Shown: piece after piece, positions 26,512 to 56,100 of the stretch
Numbering within the stretch: the stretch's first letter is position 1
How the letters are laid out: each line of letters starts with the position of its first letter
NCBI GenBank assembly: GCA_002633005.1
Contig: NMRA01000061.1
Coordinates: forward strand, 448,957 to 512,956
Source: Phoronis australis
Lineage: Eukaryota; Animalia; Phoronida
DNA: 64,000 bases
Reading direction: 5' to 3'
Notes under the pieces: generated by a model
What the model saw: only the letters and a program-made list of their open reading frames with translations
What the model was told of the DNA's origin: nothing
Databases searched by the model: none
Made by a program: the position numbers and the translations under genes

Positions 26512-27534
26512 AAACGGTTAAAGGCCGAGGTTGTGACTGGAAAGTGTGATCGATGTCATGAACCGTCCCTGCCGTTTTGCGGAGTAAATGAGAGCATGGA
26601 CTCATAACTCTATTACTTTCAAATTTTATACTATATAAATTGTTCAAATGGAATATTTTTTGTTTTAAACGTTCTCTTATTCTCAAATATTGAGTACAAT
26701 GAAGTGGAAAAAGTTTCAACAATGAAACGCAATAGGTGTCGTCATCATTGCCAACGTTTCCCAATCGTTCTCGCCATCACAGAGCAACTGATTAACTCCA
26801 CTATGACGTCATAGGGCGCTGGCTTTCGCGAACAGAAAATTGAATCTCCGTAAAAAGGATTGTTTTTAGACATGCATGTTAAAACATGCCTGTCTAATTC
26901 AAACTGTCAAATTGAATGTCCATTTATGTGGGTCACGATATTGTTGGAACAATCGAAACTGTCGGAAGCAATCGTGGTTGCAATCCAACGCTCCGCTGGC
27001 GAAGCTGATTCAAACACCGCCATTGATTTCAATGGTTGGAAGACAGCGGCGAGAATTAGCGACTTGTGATACATTCACAAAAGCACTCTCCTACGCTGGG
27101 TTGCATAAAACTTCAAAATTATCCGTTGCATAAGTATGATTGTTACATGACGTTACGTGCACTGTTCAACAATAACAAAAGGACGCGTGATAATGCGACG
27201 TAATTGGTACTGTAAGGCGTATGATAAATTTTATGCAACTGGGCCCTGGTCAATGTAAATGCTTTACGTCTATTCCACCCATAAAACGTCGTTTCGCCAT
27301 CCGTAAAATCCATTATGTCCCTCTTGTTCAAAAATTACGTTTTTCGTCATACAAAACTTGTCAACGAAAACTCGAGTTAATTTTTTGTAAGGGTTAGAAT
27401 TGAACATTGACAAATAAACAGGAACGAAATGCTTTTTTATTAAAAGGTAGAACAATTGCACTATCGTGCCGTCCACACAAAGGATAGCTGTTGCATAGCA
27501 GAAATAATATAATACTACTGAAATGAGTTGACTT

Positions 27535-27662
27535 ACGTAGACGCGAGAATCTCGCGAAGGAAGTTACTGTGACCACGTGATTCACTTGGAAAACCTCCAA
27601 TATCTCTCGAAGTCTTGCGTGCTTTAGAATTTTCGGGAACTTCTCTCGTCTACGGAACGCAA
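27535..27662. repeat. Diverged copy of the ~120-bp MITE at 52081-52202 (another partial copy at ~25771-25850)
   Basis: Ends cgtagac...gtctacggaacgca are shared with the 52-kb copy. Confidence 0.6.
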
Positions 27663-28790
27663 GTCAAGTCAGTACCAATTGCTCAAGGTGATTTTGATGG
27701 CAAAATGAGATGAAAGTGTAACAGATGTCTAACCATGGCAAAATTCAGACACATATTCCAACACTCCACGTACCTGTAGAAACAGCATCTGTCCAAATCC
27801 CTATGGCACCCCCATTCCGGCCAATATCCAATTCAGAAAAGTGCTGAGAGCGTAAAACACTTTCAGAACCTGACTAACACGAAATGTCATCAGACTTACT
27901 TCGTCGAGCAGCTTACGCCCATTTTTTACGCAAAGAGTCATCTCTGGGAAATCTGCCGCAAGAAATATGAGTAAAATATTAGACATACCACAACTTAAGA
28001 ATTCACACAAAAATAAGTATTTTTAAGTACAACGACTACTGCTACAGCAAAAATGTGGAGAAAGAATGAATCAGTCGAGATTATTTAACACTAGTTGAGG
28101 AAGGTCTTGTTATTTATATATCCCCATTAGTCTCATAAACTGCAATAAACAGTATCACAGTCTCACTAACATTAAAAAATGCTTCACTACAACAATGTAA
28201 AATGGTTAAGTGTGCAGGCGGGAGGGGGGGGATCTGGAGCACTGTCCATAACATAAATATAAAAGGAGACACGCTGACCTGTGAAATGAAAGCAAAAGTT
28301 TACCAGTGGACAGGCTGAACTGCATTACACAGCCTCACACTGCCCTACCAGAGTAAAATATCACCAACTTAGGAGACAATATGTCAGACAGGTGATTTTT
28401 TTCATTTTTTTAATAAAAGATAATTAGCACCAAACAAATGCTATACCATTTTCAACTGAGGCCTATGCCAAGCCCATCTTAAGGCAACATTTCAGGGAAA
28501 TTGTGAACATTCAAAACAATAAAGGGTTTGAAAAATTAAACAAGACTAATTCTGCAATTAGTTTTGTCTGAAATTGGGGAGATTTTACCGTAGTCACTGC
28601 ACATTAATATTCGCCGGGGACCATCCATCAACAGTGAACCAAAGTGACACATCAAACACCGACAATGAAATGCTCCGTGGAATAGTTACCTCTAAAACCG
28701 TCGCGTGGTGTTTTGTCTCGTGTTTTGTATAACTAGTTTTGCAGCTTAATACTACACAGTACAGGCAGCTCCACTCATTTGCTTCATCAC

Positions 28791-29332
28791 CAAGATGGCG
28801 GACCACTCCGCCCATCGTAAACCACATGACTTCAAAACACCGATTTCTCTGTACAACAGACCACATTTACACTTCCTCCATCAGTCATGCCAGTTTGTTT
28901 ACGTAAAGTGGCTAAAGTATAACCTGCAGAAAATTCGATCAGCTAATCAGAATCATCGGTGTAAAATATTCCCGAGGAAAATTAAACGATACCTGCGTGT
29001 TCTCTACCTCCTAGCGAACACGCACGGAACCAGCGAGGGAAAATACGCTCTTTATAAAATGAAAATAAATTTCAAAGGCGATTGCGGAAGTGCATACCCA
29101 CAGCTACAGTGTGTTCTGTCGCTCTGATGGCCAGACTAACCGTACCTTCTTGTTGTCTTTACCGAAAGGTAAGAAACATTCGTTTTCCATGTCTATTTCA
29201 AATATTTAAAAACAAGTTACATCCGCAGTCTTCCACTTTAATCCTGATCAATGTCGAGACGCCGATGGCGATGCCGATTGTATCGTCCGGTTACCTATTT
29301 TCGTCAGGCTCCAAAGTTCGTCCGCCATCTTG
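28791..29332 (+). promoter_or_regulatory. Putative PEX6 promoter and non-coding first exon (ending 29168)
   Basis: CpG-richer segment with ETS-like GCGGAAGTG (29084-29092), YY1-like CAAGATGGCGG at 28791 and inverted at 29322-29332, and a strong donor AAG|gtaaga at 29168 that could splice to the acceptor at 32113. Confidence 0.45.
28841..29037 (-). repeat. Inverted copy of the left part of MITE 17426-17973, directly upstream of the putative PEX6 first exon
   Basis: Reverse complement aligns to ~17427-17600; the similarity also shows in the paired spurious ORFs (YNRPHLxFLHQSC). Confidence 0.75.
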
Positions 29333-29487
29333 TTTCGCGTGCAGCGCAACCACGCGGGACTTAGCGTTCCAATTTGGAGTGCTCGTCTGCACGTTAGGTA
29401 CTAACTTATCGGAAGAGACACGTATCAAAGTAATGAGACAAAAATCGGTGAGTTTACCGATTGTTTTTTAAAACCACTTAAAAATCA

Positions 29488-30608
29488 GTATACTCCGATG
29501 CCCTATAGTCGTCCGCCTAAGCATAAAACCGGCTTGTTGTCTTACTCACCCAATTATTCCACTTCATAGTTATGATCTGAATAGGACTTGATTTAACTCT
29601 CACAAATATATAGTATTCGTTGATTCAAACGTTTTCTTTTACTTACGCCGAGTTGTTCAACTGTGCACTGTTTTTCGGCAGCCATTTTATAATGGCGCCT
29701 ATGGTCGTCATATGCTGCCCCCTTTTGTAAAAACTGAGAAACATGCAGAAAAAGGCCAACGAAGTAATGAAAATTGCAACAGCCTGTTTTTATTGACATA
29801 AACTCGATTTGAAGTTTTGATGTTGAGCTCTGCACTGTGGTTTCCAATAAAAGCCAATTGGACAACATTTCAATGCAGTTTAATGGTGAACGTGAGGCAA
29901 AAATGTTAAGAACCCAGCGTATCGCATTTGTCTGCGGATTTTTCCTTTGGCCTTCTAGATCCTACTAGTGCCTGGGACAAACAGATACATTGCATAAACA
30001 AACCCTGGATCATGTTTTGTGTCCCGTCGGAAGAAAATTTAAATTCGAAAACATNNNNNNNNNNNNNNNNNNNNNNNNNNNNNNNNNNNNNNNNNNNNNN
30101 NNNNNNNNNNNNNNNNNNNNNNNNNNNNNNNNNNNNNNNNNNNNNNNNNNNNNNNNNNNNNNNNNNNNNNNNNNNNNNNNNNNNNNNNNNNNNNNNNNNN
30201 NNNNNNNNNNNNNNNNNNNNNNNNNNNNNNNNNNNNNNNNNNNNNNNNNNNNNNNNNNNNNNNNNNNNNNNNNNNNNNNNNNNNNNNNNNNNNNNNNNNN
30301 NNNNNNNNNNNNNNNNNNNNNNNNNNNNNNNNNNNNNNNNNNNNNNNNNNNNNNNNNNNNNNNNNNNNNNNNNNNNNNNNNNNNNNNNNNNNNNNNNNNN
30401 TCACAATAAAATGGCTGCCGAAGGCAGTGCACATTTGAAATAACTCGGCACAAATTAAAGAAAACTTCCGAATCGATGAATGCGGTATATCTGTGAGAGT
30501 TAAATCGAATCCTATTCAGATCATAACTTTGAAGTGGAATAATTCGGTGAGTACAACAGCAAGTCGGTTTTATGCTTAGGCGGACGAACATTGGGTTCCC
30601 CAGTATAC
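29488..30608. mobile_element. Foldback/MITE-like element with ~205-bp imperfect terminal inverted repeats; centre lies in an assembly gap
   Basis: 29488-~29693 is the diverged reverse complement of ~30403-30608 (e.g. cgtccgcctaagcataaaacc / ggttttatgcttaggcggacg). Ends gtatact / agtatac. Confidence 0.75.
30055..30400. other. Assembly gap (N run)
   Basis: Run of n. Confidence 0.99.
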
Positions 30609-31461
30609 CGTCTACGCCGGTGGTCACTGTCTATAGTAATAGCAATGATAATGAATGATATTCAAGATTTCTCATCAGTTTCCTTCTTCTCCTTAACTCA
30701 TGTGATGTGGTCATCTTCAAATAGACCACGCTGTGCCACACTACAGAAAGTTTAGAAACCCCCTTAACCTACCAATTGGACCTTTTATAAAATTTTGAAG
30801 CAGCACCTGAGGAATTAATGTCATCTATTTGCATTTGCTGCGTTGAATGTTCCGTCTTGTTTTTATAGCACAGCCTCATCTTGATTTGCAGTTTGGATCC
30901 TGGCCTTTCTTTATTATGAAAACGTCTTAGTCACAATGAACTGGCAACCATCCACCGTTTCATTTTTTCATTTGTGTTTGAACTTAAGTTAATTAAATTG
31001 CAGTAGCGCACATGCATGCATCATGTCATTGCACATGCTTTTATTTGATCATCTACACTGATTCATTGGAATGATCCATTGGAATGATCCATTGGTTTCA
31101 GAAAATTACAATTTAATGGTAATTTTGAAGTAAACAGAGCTTTGTTAGTAGCAGCAAATACAGTGACATACATGAACTGAAATTTCAGGACAATGTGCCC
31201 ATGGCCATTACATGGCTAGTCAGTATACTGTGGTGCGTGTAACATGGCGTCTGATTTTTAGCTTCTGCAAAGGTAACTTGGCTGTGTTCTTGAAAGGTCG
31301 GTTGAAAAATAAACAAGGCTTGAGTTGGCAAGATTTAGAAATACAACAATTTCATCAAGATAAGTATTTATGTCAGTAAAGAATTTACAGCAACCTGTGA
31401 TATTTTCAACAAAATTTGAAAACGAACTGAAATGCCCGCTTGACTACACCAGTCAGCTGAA

Positions 31462-31789
31462 AGGGACATTAAATCGCTTTATGGCAGAAAAACTCAATTT
31501 TTGGGATCACGATTGGATGTGATGAACTTCCCGAAGTTAAAAAACAAAATGCAATGTATTTTTGTGATTTTATTACAAATCACCTATTCTCACCATCATC
31601 TGCCAGACATTTGCTGAAATCAAGGACTGCGTATTCACCATTTAAATAATCTTAAATTACTACTAAATTTGTGAGATTTGGCTCAGTACCATGTCATTCT
31701 ACTGTTATTGCGAACCTAGTGGGGCCAATTCCATGCTACTTTGACAATTTATGTAAAAATTACCTCTCTAGCATGCTGACAATGTCCCT
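31462..31789. mobile_element. Possible small Kolobok-type MITE
   Basis: agggacatt ... aatgtccct|ttaa; the left flank is tgaa (degenerate TTAA). Confidence 0.35.
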
Positions 31790-32137
31790 TTAAGGTGATT
31801 TACTGTCAAAAATCATGTTTTGATTTGTTCCTCTTACCGTCAATATGTAAAAGTGGTCTAAAACTGGGTGTAATTTCTAAACTTGTAGAGAACTGACAGT
31901 TCATCATTTCAGGTCACTGCAGTAAAGCACTCCAACTGACAAGATTTTTGTTACACTAGTGTGATCTTGTTAAACTTTGCTGGACACATCAGAATTGTAT
32001 GCCTATATTGATAACCCACAAAATGCTTTAAAAATTGAACTTTTATTTGCTGCTAAACTGATAAACCCTTAAAAATTCCTCATCATAATTTTGCTTGTTT
32101 GTATTTTTTCAGTAACCGGAATCAATGAAACAACAGC

Positions 32138-48451
<16,314 letters not shown>

Positions 48452-50193
48452 AAATCAGCTGTGTATTTGTTCATTTGTTTATGAAGCTGTGGTGTGGTTC
48501 AGCCTGCTGTATGCTTACCATTAGCCGTCATGTAATGGCTAAAATTCTTAATAGCTCCTGCTTAAGTGGAACATTTTAAGATCAAATCCTCAAAGTGTTT
48601 TTGCGAACACCGCATAAAGAAAGTATCTGAAAGTTTCATATGGATGCAATCAAGCATTTCTGAAATATGATGCAAATTTTGATCATTTTTCAAGGGTCTT
48701 ATGTATTGTAATCTTAACCGATTCTGGTTATTAATTTATTAACGGAATTTATATTGCTATTAATTTATTAACCCCATTAAGCCTGAACCTGATGCTGAAA
48801 TGGTCCAGTGGCCACTACCTGAGCTGTGATTTGCTACTCTCCCCTTTCCTTCCTAAAATAATGAATGGTCCTCAACTGGAATGGCAAATTATTGCATTTC
48901 TATTGTCTAACAGTGCTTATGGATGTCAATTAAACAAAAATCATTTGGTCAGATTGTTTTTGATTGGAAATTGATGTTCATAGACCCATTAATGTAATAA
49001 CTGCAAGCTGTTTCGATATGAAGTCATTTTGTTATTTCAAAGTTCTTTCATAAATACTCGGAATATTCTTGAAGTTTCTGGTATACTATTAATAAACACA
49101 CCATAAACTTTATTACATTGTGTCATTTAATGAGAACCATTCATTCTCATGCACTCAAAACCCTTCTGAGCAGGGGTCACTCTCATTCTTGGAAACTAAT
49201 ACAATAAGAAAACGTAGGGGCCTTCTCTCGAAATTTCCAGTGTTGGAGTTTTATGAAGCATTTGTTTTAAATTTAACGTATCAAAGAGTTTTTTCCTATG
49301 AATTTGATGAATGTAAAAAATATAGTCAGGTTTGGACACTGTGCAAAATTCTATACAGAAACATTCAGACCCTTGGCTGCAAGATAGTTCTACAGGCTAA
49401 TTATTTTTTCAAATTCTAATTAAACCTGACTGCTTAACGCATGATTTTACCATTTATTTGCCTATAAATCAAAATTAAGCTGAATAAGAAAGTTGCATAG
49501 TAGGATGTTTATTGAAATTGTACAAATATTTTGGTGGAAACAATTCCAACTCTAGTCAGTTAACGACTTGACCCTTACAACAAACCACTGCAAACCCTGC
49601 AGAAAGAGCCAGGTACGAGCCCCAGTCGGACAAAGATCTTTTCAGACTTGACTATAGATCACGTGACGTGACCAACATATGGCGTGTTAGATCGACCAAC
49701 TTGTATCATATCAATGGGCTGATTAATTACAGCACACCCAGTTTACCATGCGTGAATCGAATGTCAAAGGGACAGTAATCCCGCTAAATTTTGATTTAGG
49801 CGGCTTACTGTTATGAAATGGGTCTCATCTTGCCGCTTACTCAAATTAGAAGTTATTTTAGGTTTGAGAGTAATTGACACGTCGTTATTGCGTCAGAGCA
49901 GGTTCATTAAAGTTGTTCCCTCAGGTGGGGATTTCGCCAAGATGGTACATTATATGACCGTCAAGGGATTCCAGGCGATATGTTGTAACCAATTTCAATT
50001 CAACCAAAGGATGAGAACGTAATGACGCTGCTTTGGACTGAAGAGCAGATTGGCCTTAAAAAATAAATAGTTTTTATTGTGTTACAACGCCATGATGGTT
50101 TACGACAGCAATTCCTGTACAACTGCTACGATGGCGTTCTTAAGTTGCGAACCTCTTGAAAATGGGCGAGTCACCCGTTTGGCCATGAATTTA

Positions 50194-53100
50194 CTATCGT
50201 TTTGTAGATACTTCTCCTTCAAACTCGTCTGATTCTGCAGAATATGAATGAGTGCTGAAGTTGCTAGCAAGAGTGTCTGTGCGCGGCCGTATCAGCCGTG
50301 TCGTTTCGTCCACATTTGCGTCCTCAGAGGTGTGTCGTGAAGAGTAACGGACTTTGATTCCGGAATCTTCGTTGTCAAAGTCTCCGTCCTCTACCGTCCC
50401 CTTCTCGACTTCGTCTTTGACGTCAACAAATTTCCGCCTATAGATCCAGATAGACCATAGGCCCAATAAGAACGTCTCAGGTATTAGTAGCCAATGGTGG
50501 AGAGCTGAGGATATGAAATCAGAAAGTCTAGTTAATGTTTTTGATTTACCTGTCTACACTTGAACGGAAGTGACCAAGAAAATAGTGCGTCCGTTGTTAC
50601 CAACCCCTTAAAGGACTGGTTCAGTATTCACGTCTCGCCAAAAATTTCTGTTTCTTTATGGAGATCATTGATAGATATTATTGATGTCATCAGCTGAGTT
50701 TGGACCGTCCCTTGGTTCACCATAATTTGGCAAGTGGTACGTGAGCCTTCTGTTTAGAATTGACTTACAGTAAGTGGAGTCACGAAATTCAATTTATTAG
50801 TACGAGGTCGTGTAATCTTGAAATATGGAAAACTTTCTGTAGGTTAGCAAAGCGCGATGCATATGCAGTCATGTAGTCTGCACGCATACAGTCCCGCAGA
50901 TTGCCGTATGACCGCTTTAAATAAAATCGAATCGGAAAATTATCCGATTATAGGCCCATCGGAGCCAATTTTTGGAATCACACAGTTTGGGTTGATTCCT
51001 AAATGAACTGGGTCGGACAGTCAAGACATTTGATGAGAGGCAGTGTTCAGACGTTAACAACACTTTTCTAGCTTGTCCAGTTTGTTATGGTGGTGCACTT
51101 TATGATACACCATTCTATGCATTCTTTCACAGCACGTGATACGAAAGGTTTCAGTATAGGTGGCGCTGTGTCAGCGGGTAGGCCTACACCTTTCCATAGG
51201 CCCCCGCCCCCCGTCTCCGCCGGGTTATTCTGAGTTCGAAACATATACGCCCTGAGAAAAATTTACACTCTGCCAACAGGCTGCTGATGGCATGTTGATA
51301 TTTGTCTCACCTGAACCACTAGTTACGTAAGAAAGCGGCGGTCGACAAGGTATTGCACGTACTCCGGCCACGATGCCAATAACCAAGTTCTGAAGACCGC
51401 AACATATCAGCAGCAACTGTAGGACAGCGTATTTCGCCCCCACCCTGTATTTGACGAGAGGGAAGCGCGAAACGCGCACCATTAGCGTCAAGCCATAGAG
51501 ACCTAGAAGCTGTGAGAACGTGTTTAAGATCGTAAGGTACAGCGCCGGTGTGGTCGGTGACAACTGGAAACGAGAAAAAAGCGTGACGAGTCGCTTTTGT
51601 TTTTGCAGATTGAACGCCTTTGTTAACAAGCCACGAAACACTCATAAATGGCTACTTGAAGCGTTTTGGTTGAGTTGAAATGCGTTTAACTTAACTGTTG
51701 TGTAACAAAGTAACGATGGCACTATGTAGTCTAACGCGGATATTACATTTTCAACGGAAAAGTGGCGTCTCACGTTTACAGGTAGATTCAATTTTTGCAC
51801 AGATATTTTCAAGTGTGACTGGTTTAAAAAATCAAACAGTTATCTCAGTTTAGGACTGAAAGGATAGATATTTAATTTGAACTTTCTATTGACTGTTTAG
51901 TTACTCTGCTGCTGTAGTTTTCAAAGTACTCACGTTGGATGGACTGTAACCTCCGTTGTCCCAAAAGATTAACGTTAACATCATTACAGCAGATCGCACA
52001 ATTTGAGCCTGCTCAACTGAGTACTTTATGAAACGGAAGTTTCTTCTGAAATATCATGGCAAAAGCGATTAACAGCGGCGCTGCGTTCCGTAGACGGGAG
52101 TGAAGCTAGTGTGGTTATGTGACTGGCTTATGCATGGCGATATCTTGCAAAGTCGTGCGTGATCTTGCGTTTTCGCGAGTTTCTTGGGTCTACGGAACGC
52201 AGTTCGCTGTGGTTTTATACACGTGAAGATACGACTGTTATGAGCGCTTGCATGTTCAGCTTATTAATCAGTTTAGAACATGTGAGTAAGTGACTGCAGA
52301 GAAAGCTGCGGAATTTTTAGAACAGCTCGGCTTTTTCGGTGCATTGCACGGTCTCGCGATATTTCTTACTGTGATATAGAATTAAATTTCGTTTACCAAC
52401 TCGACTCGGAGTCACAACAAACAAAACATTTTTTTTTCTAGACCTTTGCCGTCCAATCTTCATTTTTTCAACTGCAACAACTACTTTCAAAACATCTCAT
52501 ATCGCTTCGGCCGAGTTTTTGTATTACCGTCGGAAGAGGCTGCGCGTCTCAAACCAGAAGAGTTTTAGTTGAGAATACTTCCATTTCTCTGGTAAAACAC
52601 TAATTACAAAATAGCCCATGACGAAAGTCATTTTAAATAAAATCACGGTTTAGTATCCCTTTAATAAAATAGCCCGCATTTCAAAAAGGTAATTCAAACA
52701 CAATGAATCAAAACTACCTCGTAACTTTAATATCTGGTAAAAACGGGAGACAGCAGCCGAGAGGTGGCGCAGTCAGTCGCACTCTGTCTTTCACCAGCTT
52801 TATAATCATTTTTCTTTCACCACCGTAGTATTTCACCATCAGCATCAACAGCTTGTTTTGGCAAATAGCCAAGTAACTGGAAAGGAATGAAGCTGTACAA
52901 ACAGCTCACGATGACGATTAAATCGTGTAACTTTAAACGATTTTCGCAATGTAAAACATGAGAAAACTAGCCGACATCTTGCCTGCAGCCAAAAGTCGGA
53001 GAACGAGTTTGACAAATTAATGCAACCGTTTTCATTATGTGTGATTTAAGTCTTCTTTTTTGCATATAATTCCATGATGTAGGACCGTGACTGAAAACAA

Positions 53101-56100
53101 AGATTTTGGTGATCTGGGTTTGTTCAAGCGAATAGCAATCTGAATGTACATTGACTTGGGCCAAGTTGGAGTCGTAACTTCCGGTTAGTGCAGATTCGTA
53201 GTAGCAATGAAAAATAGTTGCTACCGTGTAATGTGGCTGGTTTAAGGTAAAATTTTAAGGTGTGTAGCTCAAATTAACAACCAAGCCATCGGGAAACGAA
53301 GCCTTCACTTAGACCTCAATTACGCATAGCCATTTCGTTCATCCATAAAGTCCCGCCACGCGCCCCTAATTCGGTCAAGACGAAATCGCAAACTTGAAAC
53401 TGGAATAAGCTGTTAGTGGCGGTGAATCTCTCCGTCGAAGCAATCAATGGGCTTCATTTGGTACAGGATTCTATTATGTGCAACTTGGATGCTAACTCGC
53501 CGTACTATGTAAATAAAACAAAACAGGAACTAAGGACGGCAATGAATTGCAAAAATGGCACCGCGTGGGTTTTAAAAGTCAGTCGGCTAACAATTACCAA
53601 GGGAACACACAGTACTTAAACAGGTTTGCAATGAAACATTAGTTTTTTTCTCACATCGATTGTTGGAAAATATGAAATGTTGGATGGCAATGTAACTTAC
53701 ACGTTGGACATTTGATCGCACGTGACACTTGCTCGTGGTATTATGATCGCTATCATTGCCGAAGCGCAGAAAAACTGAAAGATGAACGACAAAACAGTCA
53801 TAGGTTTGCTGTTAAACCATTAAAAATATAGCCAGTTAATAAATTCAATGTCGTAGAAAAGTTATACCATTCTTTCAGTTGACTGCGAGGTGCAATCGTT
53901 GCCAAATCTTGAAATAAATATCTGGGGGCTCTCACTAATTCGCCACATGAATGTTCCTGTGGTAAAGACACGTCCAGTCTCTCATTAGTGATGTGTTTTT
54001 GTGTGACAAAGACGGTGTCGTTAACACAACTTTGGTATATGGTGGCAAATAAAATAATAATCCACTGAGAGATTTGGATCCACTGACAACCACTTCCTCA
54101 CTTAAGTTAAATTCGGTGATGTCGATCTGCTGTCAGTGTTCAGCAGCAAACGGTAATTATTTCATTGTACAGGAAACAATTCCTTGTACTTGAAACTACA
54201 ACCCTTGTCATGTTTCGGTTCTCAAGCTGACTTTCATAAGTGGTTGATTAAAGGTGTCATAAACCCACTTTCTTTCAAAAGATCGTTAGATTTAGGTCAC
54301 TTATCGTTGTAAACCGGGTAGAGTTCAGTAGAGCGAGGACCTCGCTTAAACCTCCTAAAAAACAAGACTTCGAGAGATTACACAACGTATTTTCAATTGA
54401 ATGAGAGCACGTCATTTTGGCTGGATTTTTCTCGCCGCAAGACAGCTATTGAACTCTACCCCGCTCTGGGATTAGAAGTGACTAGGGGCCTGGGTCTCAA
54501 AGAGTCCATTGGCTTTCGGCAAAAAATTAGTCTACGGCTTAACCTGTTTTACGAAAATTAGACAAAGGCTAAAATCTGTCTACAATTCGGAGCCGTAAGA
54601 CAGAAATCTGTAGTATACTCGAATAGACAGAAGACAAACCGTTTCGAAATACGCATAAGACAAAATAACTTTTGACTAAAGACAAAATTCAATATTCTTC
54701 GAGTAACACGTCTCGGGGTAGGAAAACTCATCAACAAGTTGGCTCCATTCGGCTGGTCGCTTTATGCGTCGAGCATATGTACTCAAGACGATAGTTCTTC
54801 AAAAAATACCGAAACATGCCTAATCGAAGTGAATGCATTTTGACCAATTTCGCGACAATACGTTTTTACCTAAGATTGGTTTATTACAGCTTTAAGTACC
54901 TACCGTGATGACAGTGGCCTAAAATAACTCTGACAATAACACGAGGACGGTGGAGGGTATTTTTTGCCATAAAAGACGCACCAGTACTCACCGGAAAAAC
55001 TCCTTGAAGCCATGTTGTTAAATATCGTGTTCTGAAGGATGAGAAATTCTTCCAGACGAAGATTACTTGTTCGACGAATATACCAATGCTCCCGATGGTT
55101 AACACCCCCACTAGCGACAGAAGGAACTGGTCCACGACGGAAGAATCTGAGCAGATATTGAAAATTATCGGTTTGTTGCTTCGCTGAAAGACCAAACTTG
55201 AAAAACTGATGTAATCACTTCTAAATCATAAGCCATGTTTGAAAATAATGTTTAAATAACATTTTCAAGTGTTCGTGATTGCTTTTAATTGTACGCTGCG
55301 GTCTTAGTGGCCATTGCTCGGCAAGCTTGCTGACAAAACTAACTTGTAAGCTTGATGTAACGACATATACGTTGTGGAGTGTATAATCCTTAAACTTTTA
55401 GATTTTATATCTCCCAAAGATAATCCTTTATCTGCTCGAATCAAGACAGTTTCCAGTACTATCTTTTCAGTTAATAATAAAGGCACAATATTAATCTCGA
55501 AAAACCAAATGCACTCAAAATACGGGCTCACGGGCAGCCATTTCAACTAGTGGAGCGGGCTTAGTTCGGGCGGTTTCGTTTAACACAGGACATTACAACT
55601 TCAATAAAATACACATCTGTCAACATCAGTATAATAAATTATATATTTTTAAATCCACTAAACTGAACACCAATGCATCAAAACAGGTCACTGGTTTACT
55701 TTACATTCGCATACTCGAGTAAATCATTGTTCACACGAAATTATCATCGTCAAGAATATCTGACGTTCCATTAAGTCAGTATTCGATCACCGTACAATAG
55801 ACATTGAAAATGAGTGGTTATTGTTCGAACATCTTGATTCTCTCCCCATAAAATACAATTAGCAAACCGTTGGTTCTTTCTACAATCCCTTTGCCACTTG
55901 CAGATCCACTAAGGATCCAGTGCCTGGTTGCATGTAACGGTCCCAAATAGGGACTCAAAGTTCCGTAAATTTTCACAGCATTTACGGACTTGTGAAGATT
56001 GTCGGAAATTCTGTCTTGTTTTCAGCTTTGATACACACTGAGAGTAATCTTTACGATGAATTCGCGACATTATTCAAAATAAATACGAGCTCTCCTCCAT

